A DNA stretch of 64,000 bases from assembly GCA_965198115.1 (NCBI GenBank), contig OZ240241.1, positions 7,744,001 through 7,808,000 on the forward strand, read 5' to 3'. A program made the translations under genes and the position numbers. This stretch comes from Candidatus Latescibacterota bacterium (lineage in GTDB: Bacteria > Latescibacterota > UBA2968). A model generated the notes under the pieces. That model worked only from the letters and a program-made list of their open reading frames with translations. It was not told the origin of the DNA and ran no database searches. Positions within the stretch are counted from its first letter, which is position 1; every line of letters begins with the position of its first letter. This document shows, piece by piece, positions 20,463 to 31,370 of the stretch.

Positions 20463-20491
20463 TATCTCCCCGATAGCCAGGAGGAAGGGGC

Positions 20492-20766
20492 ATGGCCAAT
20501 CGGAGGTTCGAGATGTATCAGTATCGCCAAGTGCTTGTCCGTATGCGGCTGGGTGAGTCCAGCCGCGCCATTGCCAGATCTGGTCTGATGGGGCGCACGA
20601 AGGTCGAAGTGCTCCGTGAGATTGCTGGTGACCAGGGGTGGTTGGACCCTGACCGTCCTCTGCCCGACGACGGAACGCTGGCCTCAGCGTTGCGATGTCC
20701 TTCAGCCCGGCCTCAGATGACATCCTCCGTCCTTCCCCACCAGGAGGAAGTTCGCAACTGGTGGGC
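20492..20766 (+). pseudogene. istA: IS21 transposase N-terminal fragment
   Basis: MANRRFEMYQYRQVLVRMRLGESSRAIARSGLMGR..W..P..LPDD. Confidence 0.75.
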
Positions 20767-21323
20767 GACGATGTACTTCTCGAGGACGAGCTGTGGAACC
20801 GCATCCGACTGTCACCGAACACGTTGCCCACTGGGGAGCTGCGACTCCTTCCCGGTACGATCTTCCAACGTTTCAGTCACCGCGCGTGGGGTTCGAGAGC
20901 GGCCACAGCCCGTCTCGACAACGACCCCGACAATCCGGCCCTCCGTGTCTACACGGTGACCTACGAAGACGTTGGTCGCACGCTGTGAATCCATTTTAAC
21001 AAAGCCTTCCCACACGAAATCGAATCCTGGACGGAAACGAGCCGCAGTCGGCGCCCAGACGCGCCCGAACGTGTCACCCGGGCCACGCGGAAGAAGCGTA
21101 TCCGGCTCGACTACTGCGCAAGCACGACGCGGCCGATACGCACTATCGTCAGCAGCTGGGTCTTGAGTGAGGAGATGAGTCCGTGAGGTCGTGACCGTGA
21201 CGACCCATCAGCGACGGGTCGCCTGCCGACTTCCCCAGGAGCCTGTCCCGAGCATAGGCGAAGGATGGTCCCGTTCGTGTATTTCGTGTTTTTCGTGGTA
21301 AGCTTCTTTCTGTAGGAGACAGA

Positions 21324-22178
21324 ATGCAATTCGGTGCACACGAATCCATTTCCGGCGGCGTCTTCAACGCCATTACACGCGGGCAGACCGCCACTTGCGA
21401 CACGATTCAGATGTTCAACAAATCCAACAGCCAGTGGCGTGCAAAAAAGCTGACCGAAGACGAAGTCGACGAGTATCTCACGCGTATCGAAGACACAGGC
21501 GTCACAGTCGCGTGCTCCCACTCGAGCTATCTCATCAACATCGGATCGCCCGACAAAGCGCTCGGCACGAAATCCCGAAAATCGCTCCAGGAAGAAGTCG
21601 AGCGTTGTAATCTCCTACAGATCCCGAACCTGGTCTTCCATCCGGGTTCCCACGTCGGATCGGGCGAGGAACCGGCTATGGACCAGATCGCCGAAAACTG
21701 TAATCAGGTCCTCTCCGACGTGACGGACAACGATGTCACCCTGTGCCTCGAGACTACTGCGGGTCAGGGCACCAACCTCGGCTACAGCTTCGAGCAGATC
21801 GCCTATATGTTGGATCGCATCGACGATCGTGAGCACGTCGGTGTCTGTTTGGACACCTGCCATATCTTCGCCGCTGGCTACCCCATTATCGATCCCGAGG
21901 ACTATGAGAAGACGATCAAAGATTTCGACGAAGTCATCGGGCTCGACCAGCTGAAAATCATCCACGCAAACGACAGCAAGACCGAATTCGGCTCAAGAAA
22001 GGACCGTCACGAACACATCGGCGAAGGCCACATTGGGCTCGAAGGCTTCAGGAATTTCGTCAACGATCCTCGCCTGGAGAACGTCCCCTTCATCCTGGAA
22101 ACACCTAAAGAGGATGACCTCAAAGAGGATATCGAGAACCTCAAGAAGCTCCGCGCACTCGTGGAAAGGCGCCACTGA
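21324..22178 (+). CDS. nfo: Endonuclease IV (AP endonuclease)
   Basis: GAHES, HSSYLIN, FHPGS, LETTAGQG, CLDTCH, HANDSK, DRHEHIGEG, ILETP. Confidence 0.96.
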   Translation: MQFGAHESISGGVFNAITRGQTATCDTIQMFNKSNSQWRAKKLTEDEVDEYLTRIEDTGVTVACSHSSYLINIGSPDKALGTKSRKSLQEEVERCNLLQIPNLVFHPGSHVGSGEEPAMDQIAENCNQVLSDVTDNDVTLCLETTAGQGTNLGYSFEQIAYMLDRIDDREHVGVCLDTCHIFAAGYPIIDPEDYEKTIKDFDEVIGLDQLKIIHANDSKTEFGSRKDRHEHIGEGHIGLEGFRNFVNDPRLENVPFILETPKEDDLKEDIENLKKLRALVERRH

Positions 22179-22304
22179 GAACACTGAGAAAACCTTGAGA
22201 AAGACCAGGCACGGGGTTGAAAACTTCACCCTGAGGTCTATCCCCGGCTTCTCGCCGGACCATCGGGGTCTCGAACACACAGTGACCTCAGTGTCCTCAG
22301 TGGC
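22171..22304. repeat. MITE/REP-like unit with 18-bp terminal inverted repeats
   Basis: GCCACTGAGAACACTGAG versus reverse complement of 22287-22304 GCCACTGAGGACACTGAG (17/18). Confidence 0.6.
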
Positions 22305-22314
22305 TGCCTTTTGA

Positions 22315-22947
22315 TTGTCGGACCAAATGTCTGACCCTTTGGAACTCCGCGCACCGGGGCGGGTCTTCCCGTTCGTCTTTCTTGTTGCCGGCGGAATCGT
22401 TCTGTTGAACGGCGTTGCGCTGCTCGTCGCGCCGTTGCCGGGCAAGGCGCGATGGTCTTTCGGGCCCGTCCTCCTGACGCTCGTCGGGGCGGTCGGAATC
22501 GCGACGGCCGTATGGTCGTTCCTAAAGCAGTTCCAGATCAGCCGCCTGATCCAGTTGCTCATCGCAGATCTGCCCTCGATCGGGACGGATCCCGCATCTC
22601 GCAACCACGCGTTGACGGCTATTCTGGACCATACGTCGAGTGTCGTGGACGCGACGAAGAGTCATCCTGAAGCGGGCGTGAACCTGAAGCTGTGGATGGC
22701 GGGTCGTGAGGCCGTAGTCGAGCGGAGTGCGTCGGGCACCTGGACACTTCGAGCAGACCTCTCCCGTCAGGAATCGTCAAGCATCGAAGCAGCTCGCGCA
22801 TCGGTCATCGACGGCGAACTCATCTGGTCTGAGGATGAAATGGAAGGAACGATCGTGGCGATCGATGTGCTGGCGACGAAGATCTGGCGGTTGCCGCCGG
22901 ACTATGAAATCAGAGCGAACCTCGAAGTCTATCGACGAGAAACATAG
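22315..22947 (+). CDS. Hypothetical membrane protein (2 TM)
   Basis: 210-aa ORF with two hydrophobic helices. Confidence 0.6.
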   Translation: MSDQMSDPLELRAPGRVFPFVFLVAGGIVLLNGVALLVAPLPGKARWSFGPVLLTLVGAVGIATAVWSFLKQFQISRLIQLLIADLPSIGTDPASRNHALTAILDHTSSVVDATKSHPEAGVNLKLWMAGREAVVERSASGTWTLRADLSRQESSSIEAARASVIDGELIWSEDEMEGTIVAIDVLATKIWRLPPDYEIRANLEVYRRET

Positions 22948-23619
22948 GGAACGAGGAGGCGTAGGGGCGAGCAGGCGTGGCGCCAGCCTTTCCACCAGAA
23001 TGACGCCACAGTGTTGTGATAGTATCGACACGCTCGCTTCGCCACCACGCCTGCTCGATATTTCGGGCGGGTTCACTTTTCGTCCTTCTTCCAGGGCAAC
23101 GCCCCAATTACAACCGCCTTCCTCATATTCCCCAACCACGCCCGCCAGAACCAGTTCGCTTTGCTTCCCGCCGGCAAGTACGCGGAATCGATCTTGTAGG
23201 TTTTTCCACGCTCAATATCTTCGTTCAGATAACCCACGACTGCTGAGAACGGAATCCACGCGAAGTTGCTTCGTTCGAGCAGGAGCAGGGCAGTTCGAGT
23301 TCTTTGACATATCCCAAGCTCGGCGACTGATCGCAGGAAGCCGCCGGATCGTGTTCGTGAGCCGCTCTTTTCGAGGAGCGGCTCTTCTGTTTTGGGCTCC
23401 GAGAACCATCACTTTTTGACATGGGACGTGTCCTTTCGGATCTTCTCCTCTCGCGGGGATAACCGCGATCGATAGACCTATTCCTCAGGGCAGTAAAAAT
23501 GACTTGGGGCGGTGGTTGGAACTGGTGAAATAAAGTTTACTTAGGAGTAATTATAAATGGCGAAAGTGGACCCCGAACCCGAACAGTAAAAATAATTTAT
23601 CTGTGCTGCCCTGTCCATT

Positions 23620-23877
23620 TTAGGGTCGCATCTGGGAGAGGGTCCTGGAGCCGGAACCGCCCATGGTCTCAAGGGCCTTTTGGAAATCCTGCGCCGTAAC
23701 CTCAAAGGGGGTCAGGTCGAGATCTGTTTGGTTTTCTTTGATGAGTCCATCGATCGGCGCACACCGGCGGAGGCAGTTGTAGGCACCCTCTCTGGCAACG
23801 AAGGCGATTTCCGATCCGGTGCAGCCAGCCAACTCACTCACGATGCTCTCCAGATCGATATCACAGGCCAGTGGCAT
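23620..23877 (-). pseudogene. C-terminal lid fragment of a paralog of the 16261 AAA ATPase
   Basis: MPL..D.DL..I..EL.G.TG.EIA.VARE.AYNCLRR shared with 16261-17940. Confidence 0.8.
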
Positions 23878-24177
23878 CTGCCGCCCGATGCCCGCTCATC
23901 GCATGGGGTTACTTGATGGCTGGGCAAAAAGACTCTCACATCCTGGGCACGTCATAACCACGACCTCAGCGGATGGGCCCTGAGCCTTGCAGCGACCGTT
24001 ATTAGTGCCCCCGTTGCGGGCACGCTGGTTGATGAGAACAGTTGGCGGATCGCTCTGACGTCCTCCGAAACGGCCACACACAGACCCGACGTGGCCCGCC
24101 TCTTCTTTCCCACGGTCCCTCCTTGGGCTCTGAGTTTCGAAGATTGCGAACTAAAAACGCTCGGTCTCATCAATCCC

Positions 24178-24841
24178 TCAAGACAAAAAGCCCGAACTCC
24201 TGTTGGGAAAAGCGTCTCTCCATTCGGTGAAGTCGAGGTTGCTGGTCACGATGGTGGCCGTGCGCTCGTAGCGCTCTGAGACGAGGTCGTGGAAGTCTTC
24301 GTCGTGCGGAGGTGCCATCGGTTTGAGTCCGAAGTCATCGATGATGAGCAAGGGCGCTTTGGCGAAGGTCTGGAAGCGGCGCTCGAAGGTGGCCGTAGCT
24401 CTTGCCGCGTGAAGCTGTCCCAGGAGTTTGGTCTGCGTGGTGAAGAGGACGTCGTAGCCGTTTCGGACGGCGATATGTCCGAGCGCCTGAGCGATGTGGC
24501 TCTTTCCGGTGCCACAGGGTCCGGCGATGAGGATGGCGACCTTTTCTTCAATAAAGCGGCAGGTGGCGAGGTCCTGGATCTGGTCTTGGTTGATGCCGAG
24601 GTTGAAGTCGAAGTCGAAGCCCTCGATCGTCTTTTCACCGCGGAAGCCAGCCCGTCGCAGCCGCCTGGTGAACTTCTTGTTCTCGCGTCGTGCGACCTCA
24701 TCCTGGATGAGGAGCGCCAGGAACTCTGAGTAGGCGAGTTTTTTCTTGATCGCCTCCTGGTTTCTGTTGGGGAGGCTTTCGAGGATGCCGGAGAGGCGGA
24801 GGTTGCTTGAGCATGGGTGCAAGTTCTGGCATGGGGTTCAT
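24178..24841 (-). pseudogene. istB: IS21 helper ATPase, frameshifted and truncated
   Basis: LKQ/LRLSGI, FDFDFN, GPCGTGKSH, LLIIDDFG, ERYER..TIVTSN. Confidence 0.88.
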
Positions 24842-24969
24842 TTTGTGTCTCCAGACTGACTGAGGGTCTTGCTTCGGGACTACATCCATCACACGTCCCC
24901 GTCTCTTTGGGTAATAACAGGTCTGGAAATAGAAAACTCAGCCGGAATGACCAGCGCCAGGAGCAGTTG

Positions 24970-25012
24970 CCCGCTCAGCGGGAGTTGTTCGACTATATCG
25001 AAGTGTTCTATG
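24970..25012 (+). pseudogene. IS3-family integrase-core fragment
   Basis: AQRELFDYIEVFY motif. Confidence 0.55.
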
Positions 25013-25072
25013 GCACTCGACGCTCGGCCAGACCGAGACAGTAAGGGATTCTCATGATTACAGGCGCACTCA

Positions 25073-25189
25073 GATCCAAAATCGATCGAAAACCCTAAAT
25101 ACACACCCCGTCCGAGACCCTGAAATCGCCACTTCTAAGTGGCTCCATTAGGCCGATCATGACTGGCCTCATTAGGGCGATCATTGACA
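25073..25189 (+). mobile_element. IS21-like right end
   Basis: Terminal TGACA with internal repeated CATTAGG(C/G)CGATCAT units. Confidence 0.65.
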
Positions 25190-25209
25190 TCTTTTGCCAA
25201 AAACCCTAA

Positions 25210-26470
25210 GTACTCCTGTTCTCAAATACGGTGACGTATTCTAAGCAGACTTTGCCAAGGGCGTATCGTAGAACCTGAGTTTGTCGATCATCTCCGCGAG
25301 ATCTGTTCGTGTGAACTTCCATTTGAAGGGTGTGGCGATACGTCCGTAGCGTTCCTGAAAACCGAGGATTCTTGCCTCAAGCTCTTCGAGCGATGTAAAT
25401 TCGATAGGTGTCAGAGCCTTGCGTTTGAGGATCGAGAAGTAGATCTCGATCTGATTGAGCCAGCTTGCGTGGATCGGAAGGTGAACGGGGTGGATGTTTG
25501 GCCACTTCCCCTGGATACGGTCGATGCATGTTTGCCCTCGGTGCGAGGAGCCATTATCCACGATGAGGTAGACTTTCTTTGCCGAGCAATAGGGTTTCCG
25601 GCTCATGATCAGGCTCAGGAGCCGGTTGAAGGGCTCGATACCCGAAGAAGACTCACAGAGACCGAAGATTCGACCATTGTGCACGTCGAGAGCAGCCAGA
25701 TAGGCCAGGGCTCCTTTCCGCTCGTATTCGTGTTCAACGCGTGCCGCTCTGTTCGAGGCTGGCGGTAGGGTAACGTGCTTGCGAGCTCGTGCTTGAATAC
25801 TGGTCTTTTCGTCGGCAGAAAGTACATATTCCCTCGGCCCTAAAGGCTTTCCTTGCCATTGGCGGTGATACAGATCAAGGACTCTACCTGCTTTGGTTTG
25901 GAAGTCCGGGTCCCGTGGGAAAATCCAGGAGCGATGATACCAAGGACGAATCGCGTCCTCGTTCAACCAGCGCCAGACAGTGGCGCCGCTGATCTTGGCA
26001 ACGAAGCCCCTTTGCACTGCCTCGGCGGCAATCTCGGAACAGCTGAACCGCGAGAGCGGTATCCCGCTCTCGCTCGGTAGTTCACACGCCAGCGCCTTGA
26101 TCTGAACGACCACCTGAGGGGGGAAAACCGGGCGGGCGCCCGGGACGAGATCTATCTTCGAGTCCCGAAAGACGCTCTTCGAAAAAGCGCTTACGCCATT
26201 TGCTTACGATCGGACGCGGGACATCCAACCGTTGGGCGATAATCTTGTTGGATAATCCCTCGGCGGCGAGAAGCACGATTTTCGATCGGATCACTTGATA
26301 ATACGGTAACGTATATTGTCCAGCCATTCGCTCGAGGTCGACCCGTTCCTTCTCAGACAGTAGCACCACATAAGGCGAACGTCTTGGCATTGTTCTCCTC
26401 CTTTTGAAGGAGAACATAAGCTACAAATAATGTTCAAGACATACGTAATAATGTTTATGAAACCATGCAC
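25210..26470 (-). mobile_element. IS630-family element (two-ORF type), complete
   Basis: TAA on both flanks; imperfect TIRs GTACTCCTGTTCTCAAATA / GTGCATGGTTTCATAAACA. Confidence 0.85.
25241..26390 (-). CDS. IS630 transposase, HTH orfA + DDE orfB joined by probable programmed frameshift
   Basis: SADEKT, VDNGSSH, SWLNQIE; slippery TTTTCCCCCC (26118-26127) in the ORF overlap. Confidence 0.85.
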
Positions 26471-26481
26471 TAAGGCACCTC

Positions 26482-27837
26482 ATAGGCACCCATTTTATCA
26501 CATCGCCCTGCCTCCAGGGCAATCGAAATCCCCCCGGCCAGGATGATCGAACGGCTGTGGGGTGTGACGATTTGGCCGCGCATTAGCTCTCCCCGTGGAC
26601 CTCCTAATCATTCGCCCGAAGAGCCCTGACATCATTGTAGACGACCGATCTGTCAACGCCCAGAGAGCTTCTGCGACCTGGAGAGGTCGTCCTCCTTTGG
26701 CCAGGAGCGTGCCGACCAGCAGCCGCCTGGCCCACACGGCCGCGTGCTCACCCGACCCTTCCTCCTTCCTCCCAGCGGACCACGTGCCCCTCCCCTCACG
26801 CAGGATCTTCAGGGCCTGCACAGAGCCCGCGCCGAACAGAGACAGTTGATTCGGGTGGACGACCGCATTCACCAACTGGTGGATCGCGGCGATGTGGCCT
26901 CGGTCCACATAGGGCACCCCCTCATCTGGCAGATGCTTCACGGCATCCATCGCGCGTTCGTCAGCAACGGGCTCGCCCACGCGTAAGCCGGCGGTGACCC
27001 GGCCATAGAAACCGACCTTCTGGAGCATCTTACAGAGCCTCATCTCCCGACGGCCGATTTCGGTCCTGATTCTTCGCCGAAGCTGGAAGCTCCCGGCCTC
27101 ACGCAGGTCGGCGAAAGCCGCCACCTGGAGACGTTCAAACCGCCTCCTTATCTGGGAGAGTGCTGCCTGCGCTTGCCCAACACCCTCTGCGAGCACCTGG
27201 TAGACCGAGATCACCTCCAGGTCGTCCCTTACGACGGGCCCATCAACCCCCAACTCCCTCGCGATGCCGACCACGTCCTCTTCCCGCGCGTAGAGCTCAG
27301 CGGCGACCAACCGTCTGGCCCAGTCGATCGGGTCCAGGCCCTCCACCCGCTTTCCTCGTGGCCAGGTGTCCTCTCGCTCGAAGAGGGCTTTCCTGACGTG
27401 CACAGAGTCGACACCGGGAAGGGGCAACTCGTTCGTCCGGGCAACGGTATCGATCAACAGCCGGATCGAGGCCACGTCCTTTGGGACGGCAATCGGCAGA
27501 CCCGATGTGCGTCTCCTTTTCTTTGGGTTGGCACTCGTTCTCACCATTCCGTTGCCCTTACGGGCGAAGGCATGCGCGATGCGCGCAAGGCTCTTCGCGG
27601 CAGACCCGATCGCGCGGGCGACGACCGGATCACCCGGCACCCAAACGCCAGAGCTATCAAGAAAAATAACTTTGGCGACAAGGCCGTTGGCGAAATAATT
27701 TTTCAACCAGGACAACTCCACTTTTTCGTGCCCGGTTTCCCACCCCAAAGAAATCACAATAAACGCCCTATGGCACTGTCTACCAATAGGTTAACCGTTC
27801 TTCGTGGTCCATGATTTTCCAGAAAATGGGGTCAATT
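26482..27837 (-). mobile_element. Unclassified repeated element, copy 1 (terminus AATTGACCCCATTTTCTGGAAAA)
   Basis: Same terminus at 27837, 45230 and 55140 with three unrelated flanks; distal end uncertain. Confidence 0.6.
26498..27547 (-). CDS. Hypothetical protein with two internally repeated HTH-like modules
   Basis: TWPRGKR..DWARRLVAAELYAR..GIARELGV and TWSAGRK..VWARRLLVGTLLAK..QVAEALW; homologous copy at 44508-44930. Confidence 0.6.
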   Translation of the reverse strand: MVRTSANPKKRRRTSGLPIAVPKDVASIRLLIDTVARTNELPLPGVDSVHVRKALFEREDTWPRGKRVEGLDPIDWARRLVAAELYAREEDVVGIARELGVDGPVVRDDLEVISVYQVLAEGVGQAQAALSQIRRRFERLQVAAFADLREAGSFQLRRRIRTEIGRREMRLCKMLQKVGFYGRVTAGLRVGEPVADERAMDAVKHLPDEGVPYVDRGHIAAIHQLVNAVVHPNQLSLFGAGSVQALKILREGRGTWSAGRKEEGSGEHAAVWARRLLVGTLLAKGGRPLQVAEALWALTDRSSTMMSGLFGRMIRRSTGRANARPNRHTPQPFDHPGRGDFDCPGGRAM

Positions 27838-27890
27838 ATCTCTTCCCCTCGCCCAACAGCTTGTTCGGTGGACATACAGACTCCAGACGT

Positions 27891-28916
27891 TCAGGCGTAG
27901 AGTGCAGCAAGGAGTGCTTTGATGTATCCCACAGAGTAAGCGAGGCCCTGGCTGACGTCACCTGTGTCGCCCTCGATTTGGAAGATGTGATCGGGATTGA
28001 TGCAGCCGTCGAAGCCGACCTTATGCAGGGCCTCGAGTATATGGAACATATTCATGTCGCCGTCGTCGAGGTGCACCTCTTCGTAGCCTCCGGCCGTGGC
28101 AAAACTGCCCCGCACGTTCCGGAAGTGGACCATGAAGATGCGTCCCTTCCGCCCGTAGTTGTTGATCTCCTGCAAGACGAGTGGCTCGCTGCCGGCTTCG
28201 GCGCGCGTACCGATGCAGTAGAGGAAGCCGACGTTGGGGCTTGGGAAGGCGTCGATGATGCGATGGTAGCCGAGCCCGCCGAACGGGGTGTCCGGCAACG
28301 GGTTGTCGGAGGGATGCATGGCGAGTTTAACGTCGTACTCCTCAGCGACCGGTACGAGCCGGGCGTAGAGCTTGCAGAAGTGGTCCCACCAGTTGTCTAG
28401 CTCCTTTTGGCTCGGCGGCTTACCCGTCGTCACATCCCAGACGTGTACTCTCTTATTTCGCTGGTCCTCACGTGTGAGGCTGGCCAGTATCTCGGGCGTG
28501 ACGTGGGTGAGTGTGTTTCCGGACCCCAGGAAGCCGGCTCGGTGGACGGACCGATAGCGGGTCACAAAATGGTTGAACGTATCGCCCTCGCAACGCTGAC
28601 GGGCGATCGGTACGCCGGCTTCGCCAAACACCTTCAATGCGTTGACCGAGTTTTCGATGTATTTCTCGGCATCGTCGTGATCGAGGAAATAACCCTCGCC
28701 GACATCGGGGAGAGAAATGCGGTTGAACCTCAAGCCCCACCCGTGCACACGTTTCTTGATTGCGAGAAGGGCGTCCAGATCGGGATAGCCTTGCTCTTTG
28801 ACACCGGGAACGTGGGTCGCTTCTCCAATGTCAATACAGTCGATGCCGAGCTGGCTGTAACGCTTGAGAATCGAGTCGCTGACATCGCCGTTGATTCCGA
28901 ATGAAACACGCATCAT
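27891..28916 (-). CDS. uxuA: Mannonate dehydratase (UxuA)-like protein, paralog 2
   Basis: LVPVAEEYDVKLAMHPSD, VHFRNVRG, EVHLDDGDMNM, PDH, AYSVGYIKALL. Confidence 0.8.
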   Translation of the reverse strand: MMRVSFGINGDVSDSILKRYSQLGIDCIDIGEATHVPGVKEQGYPDLDALLAIKKRVHGWGLRFNRISLPDVGEGYFLDHDDAEKYIENSVNALKVFGEAGVPIARQRCEGDTFNHFVTRYRSVHRAGFLGSGNTLTHVTPEILASLTREDQRNKRVHVWDVTTGKPPSQKELDNWWDHFCKLYARLVPVAEEYDVKLAMHPSDNPLPDTPFGGLGYHRIIDAFPSPNVGFLYCIGTRAEAGSEPLVLQEINNYGRKGRIFMVHFRNVRGSFATAGGYEEVHLDDGDMNMFHILEALHKVGFDGCINPDHIFQIEGDTGDVSQGLAYSVGYIKALLAALYA

Positions 28917-28993
28917 TTGTTTTCCTCACTTCGATAATCACGAGAACTTCAGTCGCTGAATGATTTTCGGTGGACATTGATACTCCGGTGGGC

Positions 28994-30016
28994 TCAGGCG
29001 TAGAGTGCGGCGAGGAGAGCCTTGATGTATCCGACAGCGTAGGCGGCGCCCTGGCTGACGTCGCCCGTATCGCCTTCGATCTGGAAGATGTGATCCGGAC
29101 TGAGGCAGCCTTCGAAACCGACTTTGTGAAGGGTCTCGAGAATTCGGAACATATTCATATCTCCGTCGTCCAGATGAACCTCCTCGTAGGCACCTGATGT
29201 CGGGAAACTTCCACGCACGTTTCTGAAGTGGACCATAAAGATCCGGCCTTTGCGGCCGTAGTTGTTGATCTCCTGAAGTACCAGCGGTTCGCTGCCGGCT
29301 TCGGCCCGTGTCCCGACGCAGTAGAGATAGCCGACGTTCGGACTCGGAAAGGCGTCGATGATCCTGTGAAATCCGAGGCCCCCGAAAGGCGTATCCGGGA
29401 GCGGGTTGTCCGACGGGTGCATCGCGAGCTTCACATCGTACTCTTCAGCGACGGGCACGAGCCTGGCGTAGAGATCGACGAAGTGCTGCCACCAGTTGTC
29501 GAGCTCTTCCTTGGTCGGGGGCTTTCCCGTCGTGACGTCCCAAACGTGTTCCCGCTGGGTAGGCTCCTCGGAAGTGAGACTCGCAAGGTCTTCGGGTGTC
29601 ACGTGCGCCAACGCGGATCCTGATCCGAGCATCCCAGCCCGGTGCACTGATCGGTAGAACGGCGTCAGATGGTTGAACGTGTCTCCTTCACATAGTTGAC
29701 GGGCGACGGGGACACCGGCCTCGCCGAAGACCTTGAGTGCGTTGACGGAATTCTCGACGTATTTCTCAGCATCGTCGTGGTCGAGAAAATAGCCTGCGCC
29801 GACATCGGGAAGGGAGATACGGTTGAACGTCAGCCCCCACGAGTAGACGCGCTTCTTGATCGCGAGAAGGGCGTCAAGGTCCGGATAGCCCTGCTCTTTA
29901 ACACCGGGAACGGAGATCGCTGCTCCGATATCGATGCAGTCGACACCAAGCTGGCTGTAACGTCTGAGGAGCGACTCGCTGGGATCGCCGGCAGCGCCCA
30001 TCGATACGCGCATCAT
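28994..30016 (-). CDS. uxuA: Mannonate dehydratase (UxuA)-like protein, paralog 1
   Basis: Same motifs; tandem duplicate of 27891-28916. Confidence 0.8.
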   Translation of the reverse strand: MMRVSMGAAGDPSESLLRRYSQLGVDCIDIGAAISVPGVKEQGYPDLDALLAIKKRVYSWGLTFNRISLPDVGAGYFLDHDDAEKYVENSVNALKVFGEAGVPVARQLCEGDTFNHLTPFYRSVHRAGMLGSGSALAHVTPEDLASLTSEEPTQREHVWDVTTGKPPTKEELDNWWQHFVDLYARLVPVAEEYDVKLAMHPSDNPLPDTPFGGLGFHRIIDAFPSPNVGYLYCVGTRAEAGSEPLVLQEINNYGRKGRIFMVHFRNVRGSFPTSGAYEEVHLDDGDMNMFRILETLHKVGFEGCLSPDHIFQIEGDTGDVSQGAAYAVGYIKALLAALYA

Positions 30017-30225
30017 TGTCTTTCCTCACTGAAAAACCGAACCACGAAAAAAGATTTTGGACCACGGAACACACGGAATACACGGAAGAAAACCACTTGT
30101 CACGGGTTCGGCGGTCATCCCGAAACTCCACACCCGTCAAGTAGAAGGGTTTCACTCCTGTCTGACGACTGATTCCCAGCGCGAAGCGCGTGGGAACACT
30201 GACGACTGGCAACTGGTTCCTTCCG

Positions 30226-31200
30226 CTACGTCTCCTGATAGTGCTTGGTGATGTGGGCGAGGCCATCGCCGACGCGGACGTTGTGGAACCGGCGAAGCAT
30301 TATAACGACGCCGTCCGTTTTGGCACAGATTTCTGTGACGACCTTGCCGAACAGGTTCCTAATCGTGCCGAGTCGCTGGCCTGACTGGACTTCGTCGAGC
30401 AGAGAGACGTCGGCGCGGAAGTAGCCGGCCACCGGGGCGAGCGTGGCTTCGTCCATATTCCCGTCGCCGATGAGATGATGCGTTGTCGGCCGTGGACTCG
30501 GGTCCCCTTCTTGCATTCCCAACCACTTCGCCACGTTCAATACACCCTCGAAGAAGCAGTCGATATCGTCGAGTCGGGCAAAGCCGCCACCGGGCGCTTC
30601 CGTGTAGAGACAGGGGACATCGAGGTCGATAGCTGCGCTGAGGGTGCGGCCCGGAGCCAGGCCGGGATGGCCCCATAGGACGGGCGCGCCGAAAGCACGA
30701 GCTCCCGCCTGAGACTCTTGTCCGAGAGGCGTGTCGCTATGGATGTAGCCGACGAGGGTGGGGATGTCGTAGGCCATCCCACCGCTGTGGAGGTCTATGA
30801 AAAAGTTCGCGTGCGGAAGGATCTGATCGGTAATCAGACGGGCGATGCGCAGAGTGATGCTGCCCTCGGCATCGCCGGGAAAGACGCGTGCGAGATTGAG
30901 GCTGTCGATCGGGCTGCTGCGAGTGATCGTTTCGTAGGCCGGTACGTTACAGACGGGAATGCTGAAGAAGGTGCCCTTGAGCGTAGCCGGGTCGAGATGG
31001 TCGTAGAGCCGAGGGATCGTCTCGACGCCTTCGTACTCATCACCGTGAACGCCGGCGACGACGACGAGTGTGGGGCCGTCGGTTGCCCCGGTGACACTCA
31101 GGTAAGGGAGCCGCCAGGTGCCGCCGTCCGGGCGATTGGCGACGTCGATCCAGCCTGTTTGTTTTTTGTTTCGTGGGAGGTTGGGGATGTCGATGGACAT
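30226..31200 (-). CDS. Succinylglutamate desuccinylase/aspartoacylase (M14) family deacylase
   Basis: AGVHGDEYEG, NLARVFPG, IDLHSGG, biotinyl-like C-terminal barrel. Confidence 0.9.
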   Translation of the reverse strand: MSIDIPNLPRNKKQTGWIDVANRPDGGTWRLPYLSVTGATDGPTLVVVAGVHGDEYEGVETIPRLYDHLDPATLKGTFFSIPVCNVPAYETITRSSPIDSLNLARVFPGDAEGSITLRIARLITDQILPHANFFIDLHSGGMAYDIPTLVGYIHSDTPLGQESQAGARAFGAPVLWGHPGLAPGRTLSAAIDLDVPCLYTEAPGGGFARLDDIDCFFEGVLNVAKWLGMQEGDPSPRPTTHHLIGDGNMDEATLAPVAGYFRADVSLLDEVQSGQRLGTIRNLFGKVVTEICAKTDGVVIMLRRFHNVRVGDGLAHITKHYQET

Positions 31201-31370
31201 AGTTGTAGTTTTCTGTGGTGTGAGTGAAGGGCGTCAGTTCAGACCCCTCGGCAGCTCAGATTGACTCTGTCGATGAAGCCATTCAGTGGAGCGAGGACCG
31301 ACACTTCGACTCCCGCTCAGTGTGACGGTGTCCACGGCTGAAGTGAACCAGCCAGGCACAACATAGACTT

